A stretch of 51,853 nucleotides of DNA from a bacterium (GCA_963663405.2 CAXXSM010000129.1:1-51853), one strand, 5' to 3'. Positions 28,300 through 37,269 are shown, counted from the stretch's first letter. Notes: a model not told the origin generated them from the sequence alone. Made by a program: numbers and translations.

Positions 28300-30807
28300 G
28301 TGGCACGGAAGAAGCGCAAGAAAAACAAAACAAAGCAGAACCTTGAACCAGTGACTCTGGAAGGCGTCAAGGAATTACTCGCCGAAAAGAAAATTCCGCA
28401 AGCCTTGGAGATGGCCAAACGGTTAGTGCGGGAATCGCCAAGCCCTGAAGCCGAGACATGCCTGGCGCGGATTTACCAGGAACGAATCCGGGAATTGCAG
28501 GAGGCTGGCTTAACGCAGGACGCCAAAAATCTAATCGAAGTCGCCAAACTTAAGTGTCCCATACACAAGAAGGAATTCGAATCGCTGTTAACGGAAACAT
28601 ATTGTTTTCCTTTATCCCATACTGAAGTCTCAACAATTGTATCGCTTCTGCAACAATCTCAGTGTGATGAAACCACTCGAATCCGTCTTCTCGAAACCTT
28701 GAAGACCGGTTTGTCCGATCCCCGCCATTTACTGAACGCTTCTGGCAATACATTATTCCATGAAGACGCCATCCGGGTTTGGCAAGCGCTGGAAGCCAGT
28801 GGCGCCGCGGTTTCCGAATCGGAACGGAAACGGAGGATGGACCGATTGACGCAAGTGTCCCGGCGATCTCCACTTGCGCCCTGGTGCTTTTTTGTTCGCG
28901 CTTTAGACGCGTACTATCACTTCGAAGACGCGCGCGCAAAGGCGTTTCTTGACCGGATCCCTGATGGGATTGCGCTTTCTCCCGCGAAAACGGTTCTAAT
29001 AAGCAAACTGAATGGGCGGCTAAAACCGGACGCGTTGTCTTCCAAGCCCACCCGGGATTTATGGAAAGCCCTTACGCAGGAGGGGCCGCGAACAGTTTGG
29101 TTTGATCTGATGCGGACGATTGAAACAGAAAACCGGCGCGCGATCCGGACGAAGGTCCGGCAAACCCTGCAAGCGGATTGGTTAGCGTCACCCTACAAGA
29201 TGCGCGCGGCAACGCAGTCAATTCGCGAGAAAATGTTTGACGCCGCTTTTTGCGATTCAGAAATTGAGAAAGAATTAATACACACAATAAAAATGCAATG
29301 GGGGGAAAATGGGGAATTGATCGCCGCTCTAGACGCTCAACGAATATATGGGAGAGTCGAACCGTTTGAAGCCGCCGAATTCCTGGAATTGCTCGAAGAA
29401 AAGTGGGAAAAGTCCCTCTCCAAGAAAGAGCGGGCGATGATTCTTGCCCAGGCGGCGGAATTGTACAAAGTTGATGAAGTCCACTATTCAATGCCTTTTT
29501 CTTTTTTTGATTCTCCTCCTGAAACGGATCATGAAGACTCGATCAATGTATACAAAAAAGTCTGCCGGCTCGATCCCCGGCCGGAATATTTCAGGCCATT
29601 GCTGACCCTTTTGCGGGAAGATGGGAGAAAACTCAAAGAGATTGAATCTCTGCTCACTAAATGGTGTAAAACCAATCCAACCGATTGCGAACCTTGGATT
29701 CGTTTATTCGAGGACGCGGAAAAGCGTGGGGCTCTTCAAAAATCGTTGAAATTCTTAGAAGAAGCCGAACGTCTCGACCGGCTGAATCAAAATGTGCGTG
29801 ACGCCCGTCACCGGTTGGTTTGGCAAATGGCGCTGAAGCATTTCAAACAAAAGAAATTCCATCTTGTAGAGCGGGATCTAAACCATATTCGTTCAAACGA
29901 AATCCCACCGGTTAAACAAGCGTTGTTCCACGGTTTAGAACGCTTTCTTCTCTTATGTCAAGACGAATCCGATCCAGGAACCGGGGAATCCCATCCGGTC
30001 TTTGATGCGATTTTATTGCGCCATCTTAATAATCTCTCGAACGCGGGGCTTGATAAGAAGCTCGATTGTGCGGCGCCATTAGGCGATCTCGATGAGGGCT
30101 CCAAACTGCAGGCGTATTACGATTTGCGGGAGGCGTTGGAAACTGTGGGAGATACGCCATATATGCCGTCGAAATGGTTCGAGCGGTTTCCTGGATGGAT
30201 CGCTGAGGCGCGGGGTCTCACAGATGATCTGCTTCTTCGAATATCGAAAACCATCCTCACCAATGGAATCCCGGATGTCGTCATCGCCGCGACTGCCCGT
30301 GGCTTGGAGAAAGACACCTCCCGTATTCGCGATTATCTGTTTTACCGGGCGCTGGCCTTATGGAAAGATAATCCCTATGAAGAATGGGATGTGGAGGAAT
30401 GTCTGCGAGCCGTCATCACGCTATGCCGCGCGAGAGGGGACTATGAATTGGAACGGCAAGCGATCGACGCGCTGCAAAATATTCGGCGTCATCAGTTAAG
30501 CGCGAGGATTTTTGAGGAGGAGGAAAGCGGTGAACCGGAATTGGAACTGGAGCCGGAAGAATTGTCCCGCGTGATTCAGCGGGAACGCGAACGTTTCAAG
30601 CCACTCACTCCCCAAGAAAAAAAGCGGGCGGAGAAAGCTAGAAGGAAAAAGACGGGTAAGGAATTGTTGAAATTAGTGCGGGCGTTCGAAAAAGCCAAAA
30701 AATTGGAGCGCATGCAATTAGAAGAGGAATTCGAGGAAGAATTGGACGATCTGGATGAAATCGTTGAAGAAAATGACAAAGATGATTTGCAGCCGTTGTT
30801 GTGGTGA
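28300..30807 (+). CDS. Large alpha-helical/TPR-like hypothetical protein, first gene of the Hsp70 operon
   Basis: 835 aa from a GTG start; helical-repeat-like segments ('ALEMAKRL', 'PTDCEPWIRLFEDAEKRGALQKSLKFLEEAERLDRLN'); basic N-terminus and very acidic C-terminus. Confidence 0.8.
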   Translation: MARKKRKKNKTKQNLEPVTLEGVKELLAEKKIPQALEMAKRLVRESPSPEAETCLARIYQERIRELQEAGLTQDAKNLIEVAKLKCPIHKKEFESLLTETYCFPLSHTEVSTIVSLLQQSQCDETTRIRLLETLKTGLSDPRHLLNASGNTLFHEDAIRVWQALEASGAAVSESERKRRMDRLTQVSRRSPLAPWCFFVRALDAYYHFEDARAKAFLDRIPDGIALSPAKTVLISKLNGRLKPDALSSKPTRDLWKALTQEGPRTVWFDLMRTIETENRRAIRTKVRQTLQADWLASPYKMRAATQSIREKMFDAAFCDSEIEKELIHTIKMQWGENGELIAALDAQRIYGRVEPFEAAEFLELLEEKWEKSLSKKERAMILAQAAELYKVDEVHYSMPFSFFDSPPETDHEDSINVYKKVCRLDPRPEYFRPLLTLLREDGRKLKEIESLLTKWCKTNPTDCEPWIRLFEDAEKRGALQKSLKFLEEAERLDRLNQNVRDARHRLVWQMALKHFKQKKFHLVERDLNHIRSNEIPPVKQALFHGLERFLLLCQDESDPGTGESHPVFDAILLRHLNNLSNAGLDKKLDCAAPLGDLDEGSKLQAYYDLREALETVGDTPYMPSKWFERFPGWIAEARGLTDDLLLRISKTILTNGIPDVVIAATARGLEKDTSRIRDYLFYRALALWKDNPYEEWDVEECLRAVITLCRARGDYELERQAIDALQNIRRHQLSARIFEEEESGEPELELEPEELSRVIQRERERFKPLTPQEKKRAEKARRKKTGKELLKLVRAFEKAKKLERMQLEEEFEEELDDLDEIVEENDKDDLQPLLW

Positions 30808-30833
30808 ACGCCGCCAGTGGGGAGGAATGACTG

Positions 30834-31157
30834 ATGTTGGATCCGTATGAAGAACTGGGCATTGATCCAGAGCAGGTGACCGACGAGACGGTCCGTCAAG
30901 CGTATGTGAATTCGATCCGCATGAATCCACCGGACCGTGATCCAGCGGCGTTTGAGCGAATTCAAACCGCGTATGGGTGGATCAAAGACGAGCACAGCCG
31001 CTTGCGTCTTAAATTGTTCGGATTTGAAAGCGATCAAATGGTGTTCGATAATCTCCCGGATTCAAATGAACGGCCCCGTGTGGACGCCGGGAAATGGTTA
31101 ATTGCGATCGAGGCGGAGGCGAAACGGCAGGAAGGTCCGAATCCATATGGAAAATAA
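30834..31157 (+). CDS. Small J-domain (DnaJ-like) protein with non-canonical motif (NPPD)
   Basis: GGAGG SD; 'DPYEELGI...TDETVRQAYVNSIRMNPPDRDPAAFERIQTAYGWIKD...R'. Confidence 0.85.
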   Translation: MLDPYEELGIDPEQVTDETVRQAYVNSIRMNPPDRDPAAFERIQTAYGWIKDEHSRLRLKLFGFESDQMVFDNLPDSNERPRVDAGKWLIAIEAEAKRQEGPNPYGK

Positions 31158-32007
31158 CCAGATGAATCCGGCCGGGAGAGAGCCAGTCAACGCATCCACT
31201 GGAGACGCGGGTGATTGTGGGGATAATCTAGTTAACGGTAGAATCGTTCCGGATGAACTCTTGAAAACGGCGGCGGCGGAGTTGCTCAAGCGCCTCCAAG
31301 AACCAGAATCGTGGCCGGAAGAATTGATCCATCCAGAAGACGAATCTCCGGAAAAGCCCGATGTGTACACGTTGTTTGAAGCGTTAACCGCCTTGCGCCA
31401 AGAAATCTCGATGCAGGGACGCGCGTTTCATAAATTGGAACAAAGTCTCAGTCAGACACTCACTATTCCAGAGCGCGTTCAATCCGTTGAAGAACAAATG
31501 CTTTCATTTCAAGAGGCGTTCATTCAATTGCAAACAACGATTGAGTCGAGCGCTTCTCAAGCATTGGCTGCGGAGCGCCAATCCGGAAGGGACGAGGGCT
31601 GGAAAGAGGCGTTTGATTCGTTCATCGATCCCCTGTTGGATACCCACGACCAGCTATATCGGTTGGTGGAGCGGAATCAGCAACGCTCGCAACAACGCAA
31701 GGGGTGGTTTCCATGGCCGATGACAAAAAGCGATTCAGGAGAACTTCTGGAGACACTTCGCTTAAGCCTGAAGAAAATGGACCAGCGGTTGAGTGTATTC
31801 GGCGTGACTCCGTTGGCCAAAGTTAGTATGGAATTCAATCCCGAAACAATGAAAGCAGTGGAAATGATACAGTCCAATGAATTGCCTGGAAATACAGTCG
31901 TTGAGATTTACCGGCAAGGCTATCAAAAAGATGGCCGGACGCTTCGTTTCGCCGAAGTAAAAGTCGCCTGTCCTTCCCCAAAATGGATAGCGAAGAAAGA
32001 TGAGTGA
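31147..32007 (+). CDS. grpE: GrpE-family nucleotide exchange factor with extended N-terminal coiled coil
   Basis: C-terminal 'FNPETMKAVE...PGNTVVEIYRQGYQKDGRTLRFAEVKVA'; N-terminal 'PDVYTLFEALTALRQEI'. The ATG at 31147 overlaps the end of the J gene. Confidence 0.82.
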   Translation: MENNQMNPAGREPVNASTGDAGDCGDNLVNGRIVPDELLKTAAAELLKRLQEPESWPEELIHPEDESPEKPDVYTLFEALTALRQEISMQGRAFHKLEQSLSQTLTIPERVQSVEEQMLSFQEAFIQLQTTIESSASQALAAERQSGRDEGWKEAFDSFIDPLLDTHDQLYRLVERNQQRSQQRKGWFPWPMTKSDSGELLETLRLSLKKMDQRLSVFGVTPLAKVSMEFNPETMKAVEMIQSNELPGNTVVEIYRQGYQKDGRTLRFAEVKVACPSPKWIAKKDE

Positions 32008-32098
32008 ATCTCATATTCAAATGACTATGAATTAATGGATCGCATTCGGGAGTAGTTAAGAAACGTAGTTTTATCATGAAATTGTGGGGTACGAAATA

Positions 32099-33904
32099 AT
32101 GACACAGAATCCAAATCCTGCCGATGACGGGTCTGATGTGATCGTGGGGATCGACTTGGGCACGACAAACTCTCTCGCCGCAGTTTATGAGAACGGTGAG
32201 GTGAGAATAATTGAAATCGATGGCAGTCCTTTGCTGCCTTCCTATGTAGGTTTATCTCCCTCGGATGAATTATTGGTAGGCCGGCCGGCATTGAACCAGT
32301 ATATCTTGTATCCAGAACGAACGGTCAAATCAGTCAAGCGCCGGATGGGGGGAACGGAGCCGATTGAACTTGGTGAGCGTTCATTGCTTCCGGAAGAGAT
32401 TTCCGCATTGATCTTGGGACGTCTGAAGGCGCAGGTCGAATCAGTCTTGGGTAAACCTGTTAACCAAGCGGTCATTACCATCCCCGCTTATTTTAATGAT
32501 ACGCAACGGCAAGCGACACGCGCGGCGGGTGAGATCGCAGGATTAAAGGTGGCCCGGATTTTCAATGAACCGACCGCCGCGTCTCTCGCGTTCCGCAATA
32601 GTGTTCTTTCTTCAGCCCAAACACAGAGCGAGATTTCCGCCGTGTACGATCTTGGTGGAGGAACGTTTGACGTGTCCATTGTCCGGGAAGAGAATGATGT
32701 GACCGAAGTGCTTGCCAGCCATGGTGACACCCGGTTAGGAGGCGATGATTTCGACCGGATGATACTGGACCATTTTTTAGCGTATATCCAACAAGAGTAC
32801 AAAGTCAATCTGCGGGAAAACCGGCGGGCGTTAAACCGGCTGACCCATGCGGCGGAGGCCGCCAAAATTGAACTGAGTTCTCATCCCTTCGTCCATGTTG
32901 TGGAAGAAGACTTGGGAGAGGGAGATGGCCCTTCGATTCACTTGGATCTTGAGTTAACAAGGGAACAGTACGAAGAGATGATTCGTTCCAAGATTGACCG
33001 GACTGTAGAATGTGTCGAACAGGCGTTGCGGGACGCGAAATTATCCCCCTCGCAGGTTGACAATGTTTTGCTGGTAGGCGGTTCAACCCGGACGCCTCTT
33101 GTCCGGGAAGTCTTGAAGGATTTATTTCAGAAAGAACCGCGTTCAGAAGTGCATCCTGACATGTGTGTGGTGATGGGAGCCGCTTTACTCGCCGCCCGCA
33201 TTCAGGGATTGGAGGTCGAACGGATCCTGGTTGACATCACCCCTTATACGTTTGGTGTCGCCTGTGTTCATATCGAGGAAGATGGATTTCCCAATCCTCA
33301 TTTTTTCTCCCGGATTATCCCCCGCAATACGCCACTGCCAGTAAACCGATCCAATGAATTCAGCACCCTAGTCGATAATCAGGAAGCCGTCCGGATCGAC
33401 ATCTACCAAGGGGAAAACGATGATGTCCGTCATAATACGAAAATCGGAACGTTTCTCGTCGAAGGCTTATCCGCTGTGCCTGCGGGGAACATTATAATTG
33501 ATCGGATGTCGCTCGATCTGAATGGGATTCTTACGGTTACTTCCGTGGAGAAACGGACAGGATTGCAAAAATCGATCAAAATCGAAGGGGCGTATCAACC
33601 GAAAAAAGCCGAAGACATCATCGAATCGCAATCCCGTCTTGCTGATATCATTTCATCGCCTCTTTCAGATCAAACCAGTGCAGTGGAAACGATGACGGAG
33701 GAAGATTCTACGTTTGTCAATCTATCGAACGAGCACCGGGAGATATTGGATAAAGCCCGTTCCATTCTTGACCGGATGCATCCCGACGATAAAGAAGAGG
33801 CGGAGGCGCTCTGCGCTCAAGTCGAACAACTCGCCTCAGAAGGAAAAGAGTACGAAGCGCCTTTGAATGAACTGCAGGAACTTTTGTATTTTGTTGGAGA
33901 ATGA
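32099..33904 (+). CDS. Hsp70/DnaK-family chaperone (specialised paralog)
   Basis: GIDLGTTNS, TIPAYFND, IFNEPTAA, VYDLGGGTFDVSI, LGGDDFD, LLVGGSTRTP; SBD 'IIPRNTPLP...DNQEAVRIDIYQGE'; divergent linker 'ILVDITPYTFG' and short lid. Confidence 0.93.
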   Translation: MTQNPNPADDGSDVIVGIDLGTTNSLAAVYENGEVRIIEIDGSPLLPSYVGLSPSDELLVGRPALNQYILYPERTVKSVKRRMGGTEPIELGERSLLPEEISALILGRLKAQVESVLGKPVNQAVITIPAYFNDTQRQATRAAGEIAGLKVARIFNEPTAASLAFRNSVLSSAQTQSEISAVYDLGGGTFDVSIVREENDVTEVLASHGDTRLGGDDFDRMILDHFLAYIQQEYKVNLRENRRALNRLTHAAEAAKIELSSHPFVHVVEEDLGEGDGPSIHLDLELTREQYEEMIRSKIDRTVECVEQALRDAKLSPSQVDNVLLVGGSTRTPLVREVLKDLFQKEPRSEVHPDMCVVMGAALLAARIQGLEVERILVDITPYTFGVACVHIEEDGFPNPHFFSRIIPRNTPLPVNRSNEFSTLVDNQEAVRIDIYQGENDDVRHNTKIGTFLVEGLSAVPAGNIIIDRMSLDLNGILTVTSVEKRTGLQKSIKIEGAYQPKKAEDIIESQSRLADIISSPLSDQTSAVETMTEEDSTFVNLSNEHREILDKARSILDRMHPDDKEEAEALCAQVEQLASEGKEYEAPLNELQELLYFVGE

Positions 33905-33911
33905 GACCGGG

Positions 33912-34202
33912 ATGGATGCCATAGATCTCAAAAAACTCTTCGAAACGCCAGCGCTCTCCTGTCCCACTTGCGGCGTAAAATGGAGCGGACAGACAAATTG
34001 CAGACGTTGCGGAGCGGATTTATCGTTGTTGCTGAAAACCGCATCCCTGGCGTGGGAATTAAGAAACCGCGCCCGCTTGAATTTATTAGCGGGCGAATTT
34101 GAAAAATCAATTCATTACGCGCGGAAAGCCCAAACATTTCATAAAACCGTGTACGGTGAACTGATCGAACGATTCGCAGCGTACGGGCTGACGATAGTAT
34201 GA
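33912..34202 (+). CDS. Small Zn-ribbon + helical (TPR-like) protein
   Basis: 'CPTCG...CRRCGADLSLL', then the amphipathic helices 'AWELRNRARLNLLAGEFEKSIHYARKAQTFH'; starts 7 nt after the Hsp70 stop. Confidence 0.78.
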   Translation: MDAIDLKKLFETPALSCPTCGVKWSGQTNCRRCGADLSLLLKTASLAWELRNRARLNLLAGEFEKSIHYARKAQTFHKTVYGELIERFAAYGLTIV

Positions 34203-34421
34203 AAAAGGAAGGAACTTTCATTTGAGTTTTAAAACGAAATAGTAGCAGTTTTATCCGTGAAGTTTTGAGATATTATTTTGTTCATATAAAAACAAATCGT
34301 GCAATGATCGTGCAACGTGAGGGGGGTCTGAAGGTACTCTGAGGGTGGTGTCAACGTGAGGGCGAGGTTTTTAAGTGTTTGTAAGTCTTTAATTTACAGC
34401 AAGTTAAAAATTTGATCGAGG

Positions 34422-34469
34422 TGACTCTGGATCAGGAAGCTGCAGGTTCGAGCCCTGCCTCCCCAGCCA
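34422..34469 (+). tRNA. 3' half of tRNA-Gln(CTG): att-site scar, not a full tRNA
   Basis: TGACT-CTG-GATCAGG...GCAGGTTCGAGCCCTGC-CTCCCCAG-CCA gives the anticodon loop, T-arm and 3' acceptor strand with CCA. No D-arm or 5' acceptor strand upstream. Confidence 0.8.
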
Positions 34470-34637
34470 TTCAACTTCCTAGACTTACGTCTCTCAACTC
34501 CAACCGACAAAAAATTCCAAGGTAACCACAGGGTAACTAGATGGGTCTGTCTGGGGCGCATTTCACATGCTTGGCGATGATGTCGCTGGTTTGGGAGCGT
34601 ATTTAGGCTTATAGCTTCCAGGAATCAGTTCCTAAGT

Positions 34638-34796
34638 CTATTCTTCATTATCTACTGGGATATTCATTACAAGTAATTCACCAACTAATTCATCAACATG
34701 CTTTTCTAATTCAATAATCTCTTGTTCTAATTCTTGGTCGTTATATTTAGCAACCAATTCACGAATTCTTTTAAATCTTGATTTTTCATATTTCAT
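34638..34796 (-). CDS. Small AT-rich hypothetical protein (52 aa)
   Basis: Not in the ORF track. MKYEKSRFKRIRELVAKYNDQELEQEIIELEKHVDELVGELLVMNIPVDNEE*, downstream of GAGAGG. Confidence 0.5.
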   Translation of the reverse strand: MKYEKSRFKRIRELVAKYNDQELEQEIIELEKHVDELVGELLVMNIPVDNEE

Positions 34797-34825
34797 TTTT
34801 CACTCATTCCTCTCTTTCTGTTCGC

Positions 34826-35377
34826 TCCATACCGAATCCGGACACGGGCCGTATTTACACTCTAGTACGTCCAGGATGAGGCACCATGTTTGCGTCATTT
34901 TTTTTACTAATCGGAATAACCTCCCTTGGAATGGGGATTAAAATCATCACTGCAATTTCGACTTGGCCCCCTATACTTTCTATTAAACGATCTATCACAT
35001 TTTGGGCAACGAAACGAGTGGTCTCCGTTACTTAATTCTTTCATTCTTAGGTGGATGGCTTTTTTTTCATTATCCCAACACAGAGGGCAATAAGGTGTTT
35101 TTTCTCCTTCAATAAAGTACATTCCCTTATCATCATCGAAATCCATCTTCCCCTTCAATTCGAGTTTCTCTTTAAGTGAATGGATTTCATCCTTAAGAAC
35201 CTGGTTTTCGTTCGTAAGGTCAAATAGTTGTTTCTGTCCTTCAAGGATTTCCTGATTTAATTCTGCGTTTTTATATCCGATTGCAATGTCATAGATAGAT
35301 TTGAAGGTGTCCAAAATCCCCATTCTCTCACCTCTCTTCCTTTTCGTTCCATACCGAATCCGGACACGGGCCGTATT
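34826..35377. repeat. 30-bp exact direct repeat inside ~80-bp similar blocks
   Basis: TCCATACCGAATCCGGACACGGGCCGTATT at 34826-34855 and 35348-35377; partial similarity over about 34803-34887 vs 35327-35409. Confidence 0.9.
34907..35323 (-). CDS. Phage-type hypothetical protein: coiled coil + Zn ribbon
   Basis: 138 aa; 'LFDLTNENQVLKDEIHSLKEKL'; 'PYCPLCWD...FRCPKC'; SD GAGAGG; low GC. Confidence 0.75.
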   Translation of the reverse strand: MGILDTFKSIYDIAIGYKNAELNQEILEGQKQLFDLTNENQVLKDEIHSLKEKLELKGKMDFDDDKGMYFIEGEKTPYCPLCWDNEKKAIHLRMKELSNGDHSFRCPKCDRSFNRKYRGPSRNCSDDFNPHSKGGYSD

Positions 35378-35594
35378 CAGCTTCGAGTTTTTCCAGGATG
35401 AAGCGCCATTGGTTAGGCGTATTTCTCCTCACCCAGCCGTCGAGCGTCTGTTTCGGGATATCCAATACCTTCGAAAGCGTGATAAGGCTCTGTCTGCGGG
35501 ACGGCTCACCAATGTTATCAAGGTACCAGCGGAACTTGGACTGAAACTCATTCTTACCGTCCTCAGGGCGAAGTGTTGGCTCAATCGGTGTCAT
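35328..35594 (-). CDS. Small HTH-like DNA-binding protein (phage repressor-like)
   Basis: 'LITLSKVLDIPKQTLDGWVRRNTP' resembles an HTH; divergent from a consensus promoter. Confidence 0.6.
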   Translation of the reverse strand: MTPIEPTLRPEDGKNEFQSKFRWYLDNIGEPSRRQSLITLSKVLDIPKQTLDGWVRRNTPNQWRFILEKLEAEYGPCPDSVWNEKEER

Positions 35595-35621
35595 TCATAA
35601 ACCTCTCAGTGTTGTATCTCT

Positions 35622-35703
35622 ATAGTATATGCAAGTTCCACAAAGGAAATAGGGGAATTTACAAAAAAGAGGTTGACATATACATGCAACGTGCATATAC
35701 TAT
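35622..35703. promoter_or_regulatory. Divergent promoter/operator region (cI/cro-like)
   Basis: Plus strand TTGACA (35673-78), 17 nt, TATACT (35696-701). The 12-mer TGCATATACTAT at 35692-35703 recurs inverted at 35622-35633; palindrome ATGCA-acg-TGCAT covers the spacer. Confidence 0.65.
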
Positions 35704-35916
35704 TAATGGAAATGAGCAATATGAATTGCTATGGTGGAAAAATGAATTCTTCGTATTCCCAGATTCAAAGTGAATGCCATAGAATCGAGGTAGGGAAGCG
35801 GTATGTCAATTGGCCGAATTCATGGATGTGTCTTTTTTCCAAGTCTTTTATTTGACTATACGCCAAACCTAACAGGGAAAATGTATCCGAATTTGATGAC
35901 TAACTTTCAAGCCTGA

Positions 35917-37269
35917 TCATAACCGAAATGATTCTACTCTCGCTCTGACTTCCTTTCCATCAAGTTCACCCGGTTTGATCCCTTTCTCAAGAGCCATCGC
36001 TGCGGCGATTCCCGCAGCCTCTCCGATAGGCACAGAATCGCCAGTAACACGATAGCTGCCATGAGCGAGGAAAGAGCCGGAGATGCAACGGCCCGCTGTC
36101 AGCAGGTTATCACAATCTTTCGGTTGTAGACATCGGAATGGGATTTGGTATGGTTTAGTCAAAATATTGTCCAGACCGGTACCTATTTTTTTTGTCACAT
36201 GATGGATATCAACGACCATTTCCACGTCACAAATCCCATCTGGAAACTTCTTCCCTTGTTGTAAATCGTCGATGGTCAAATAGTATTGGCCTACGATGCG
36301 CCGTCCTTCTCGAATTCCAATGGCGGGAGCGGTGGCGGCAAGAAAGAAATTACGAAATTTCGGCCCACCATATTTCTTCAATACTTCAACGACATACCGC
36401 ACTTGTCGTCGGCCCTCCATTTCACACTGGGTCAGGCTGTCCGCATCCGTAGGATCTAATCCATACACATGGGATGGCATGAGATACCCCATATTGCGCA
36501 TACCATCCTGCACAAAAATGTAAATCCCTTGATAAGGAAGTTCTTTGCCCGCCTTTTCGAAGATTGCCATCAATTCCTTCCGCGTTGGGAAGGATCCTTC
36601 CCAGCCGCCAACGAGGCCATAGGTTGTCCCCGGTTGCCGTTGTCCATCGGATTCGCGTCCCATGTGGAATTCACAACTGGCCAGGGCGCCGATGTCTCCA
36701 TCTCCGGTACAGTCTAGAAAGACATCCGCTTCCCACTTCTCGAATCCGCTTTTCGATACTGTGGTCAATGAGGATATTTGATTCGAGTTTGTTTCTACAT
36801 CCGCTGCGAATGTATGTAATCGAAGGTAGGCGCCGGAGTCTCCAAGAAGATCATCAAGCAACAATTTCATCGCTTCAACATTGTATACTTTCTTTTTTGG
36901 ATCGTTATAGAAATCGTGAAGATGTCGATCGTTGCGCAGTTTCGTTGTGATCTCGCGCATTAAACCCGTTTTGCTTTGACTGTCGATGATAATGGCCAGC
37001 GCGCCCATCGTCCAAACGCCGCCAAAACACGGGTGCTGTTCGATGAGCGCAACTTTGGCCCCCATTCGCCGGGCCGCTAGCGCCGCTGCGCAACCTGCCG
37101 GTCCACCACCGGCGACTACAATATCATAATTGTGAGCCTTACGTTTTTGAGGGAGCTCTGCGTGTACTTGGTTCGTTGATAATTGTGTGGACGCAAATCC
37201 AAGCGCGCTCATTGATAACAATGATCTACGATCCAGTTTTTTTAGGTTGAATTCCCCATTTGTCTCCAT
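35917..37269 (-). CDS. Tat-exported FAD-dependent oxidoreductase (FAD_oxidored family)
   Basis: Tat 'DRRSLL'; 'YDIVVAGGGPAG', 'FLDCTGDGDI', 'GRESDG', 'IGIREGRRIVG', 'YQIPFRCLQPK...NLLTAGRCIS', 'GEAAGIAAA'. Confidence 0.9.
   Translation of the reverse strand: METNGEFNLKKLDRRSLLSMSALGFASTQLSTNQVHAELPQKRKAHNYDIVVAGGGPAGCAAALAARRMGAKVALIEQHPCFGGVWTMGALAIIIDSQSKTGLMREITTKLRNDRHLHDFYNDPKKKVYNVEAMKLLLDDLLGDSGAYLRLHTFAADVETNSNQISSLTTVSKSGFEKWEADVFLDCTGDGDIGALASCEFHMGRESDGQRQPGTTYGLVGGWEGSFPTRKELMAIFEKAGKELPYQGIYIFVQDGMRNMGYLMPSHVYGLDPTDADSLTQCEMEGRRQVRYVVEVLKKYGGPKFRNFFLAATAPAIGIREGRRIVGQYYLTIDDLQQGKKFPDGICDVEMVVDIHHVTKKIGTGLDNILTKPYQIPFRCLQPKDCDNLLTAGRCISGSFLAHGSYRVTGDSVPIGEAAGIAAAMALEKGIKPGELDGKEVRARVESFRL

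Noticed and set aside
34422-34469. Functional tRNA-Gln
   Set aside because: No 5' acceptor strand or D-arm. The same applies to the tRNA-Gly fragment at 42639-42683.
34826-35377. 30-bp direct repeat as a CRISPR array
   Set aside because: Only two copies, 522 bp apart, coding in frame, and no cas genes.
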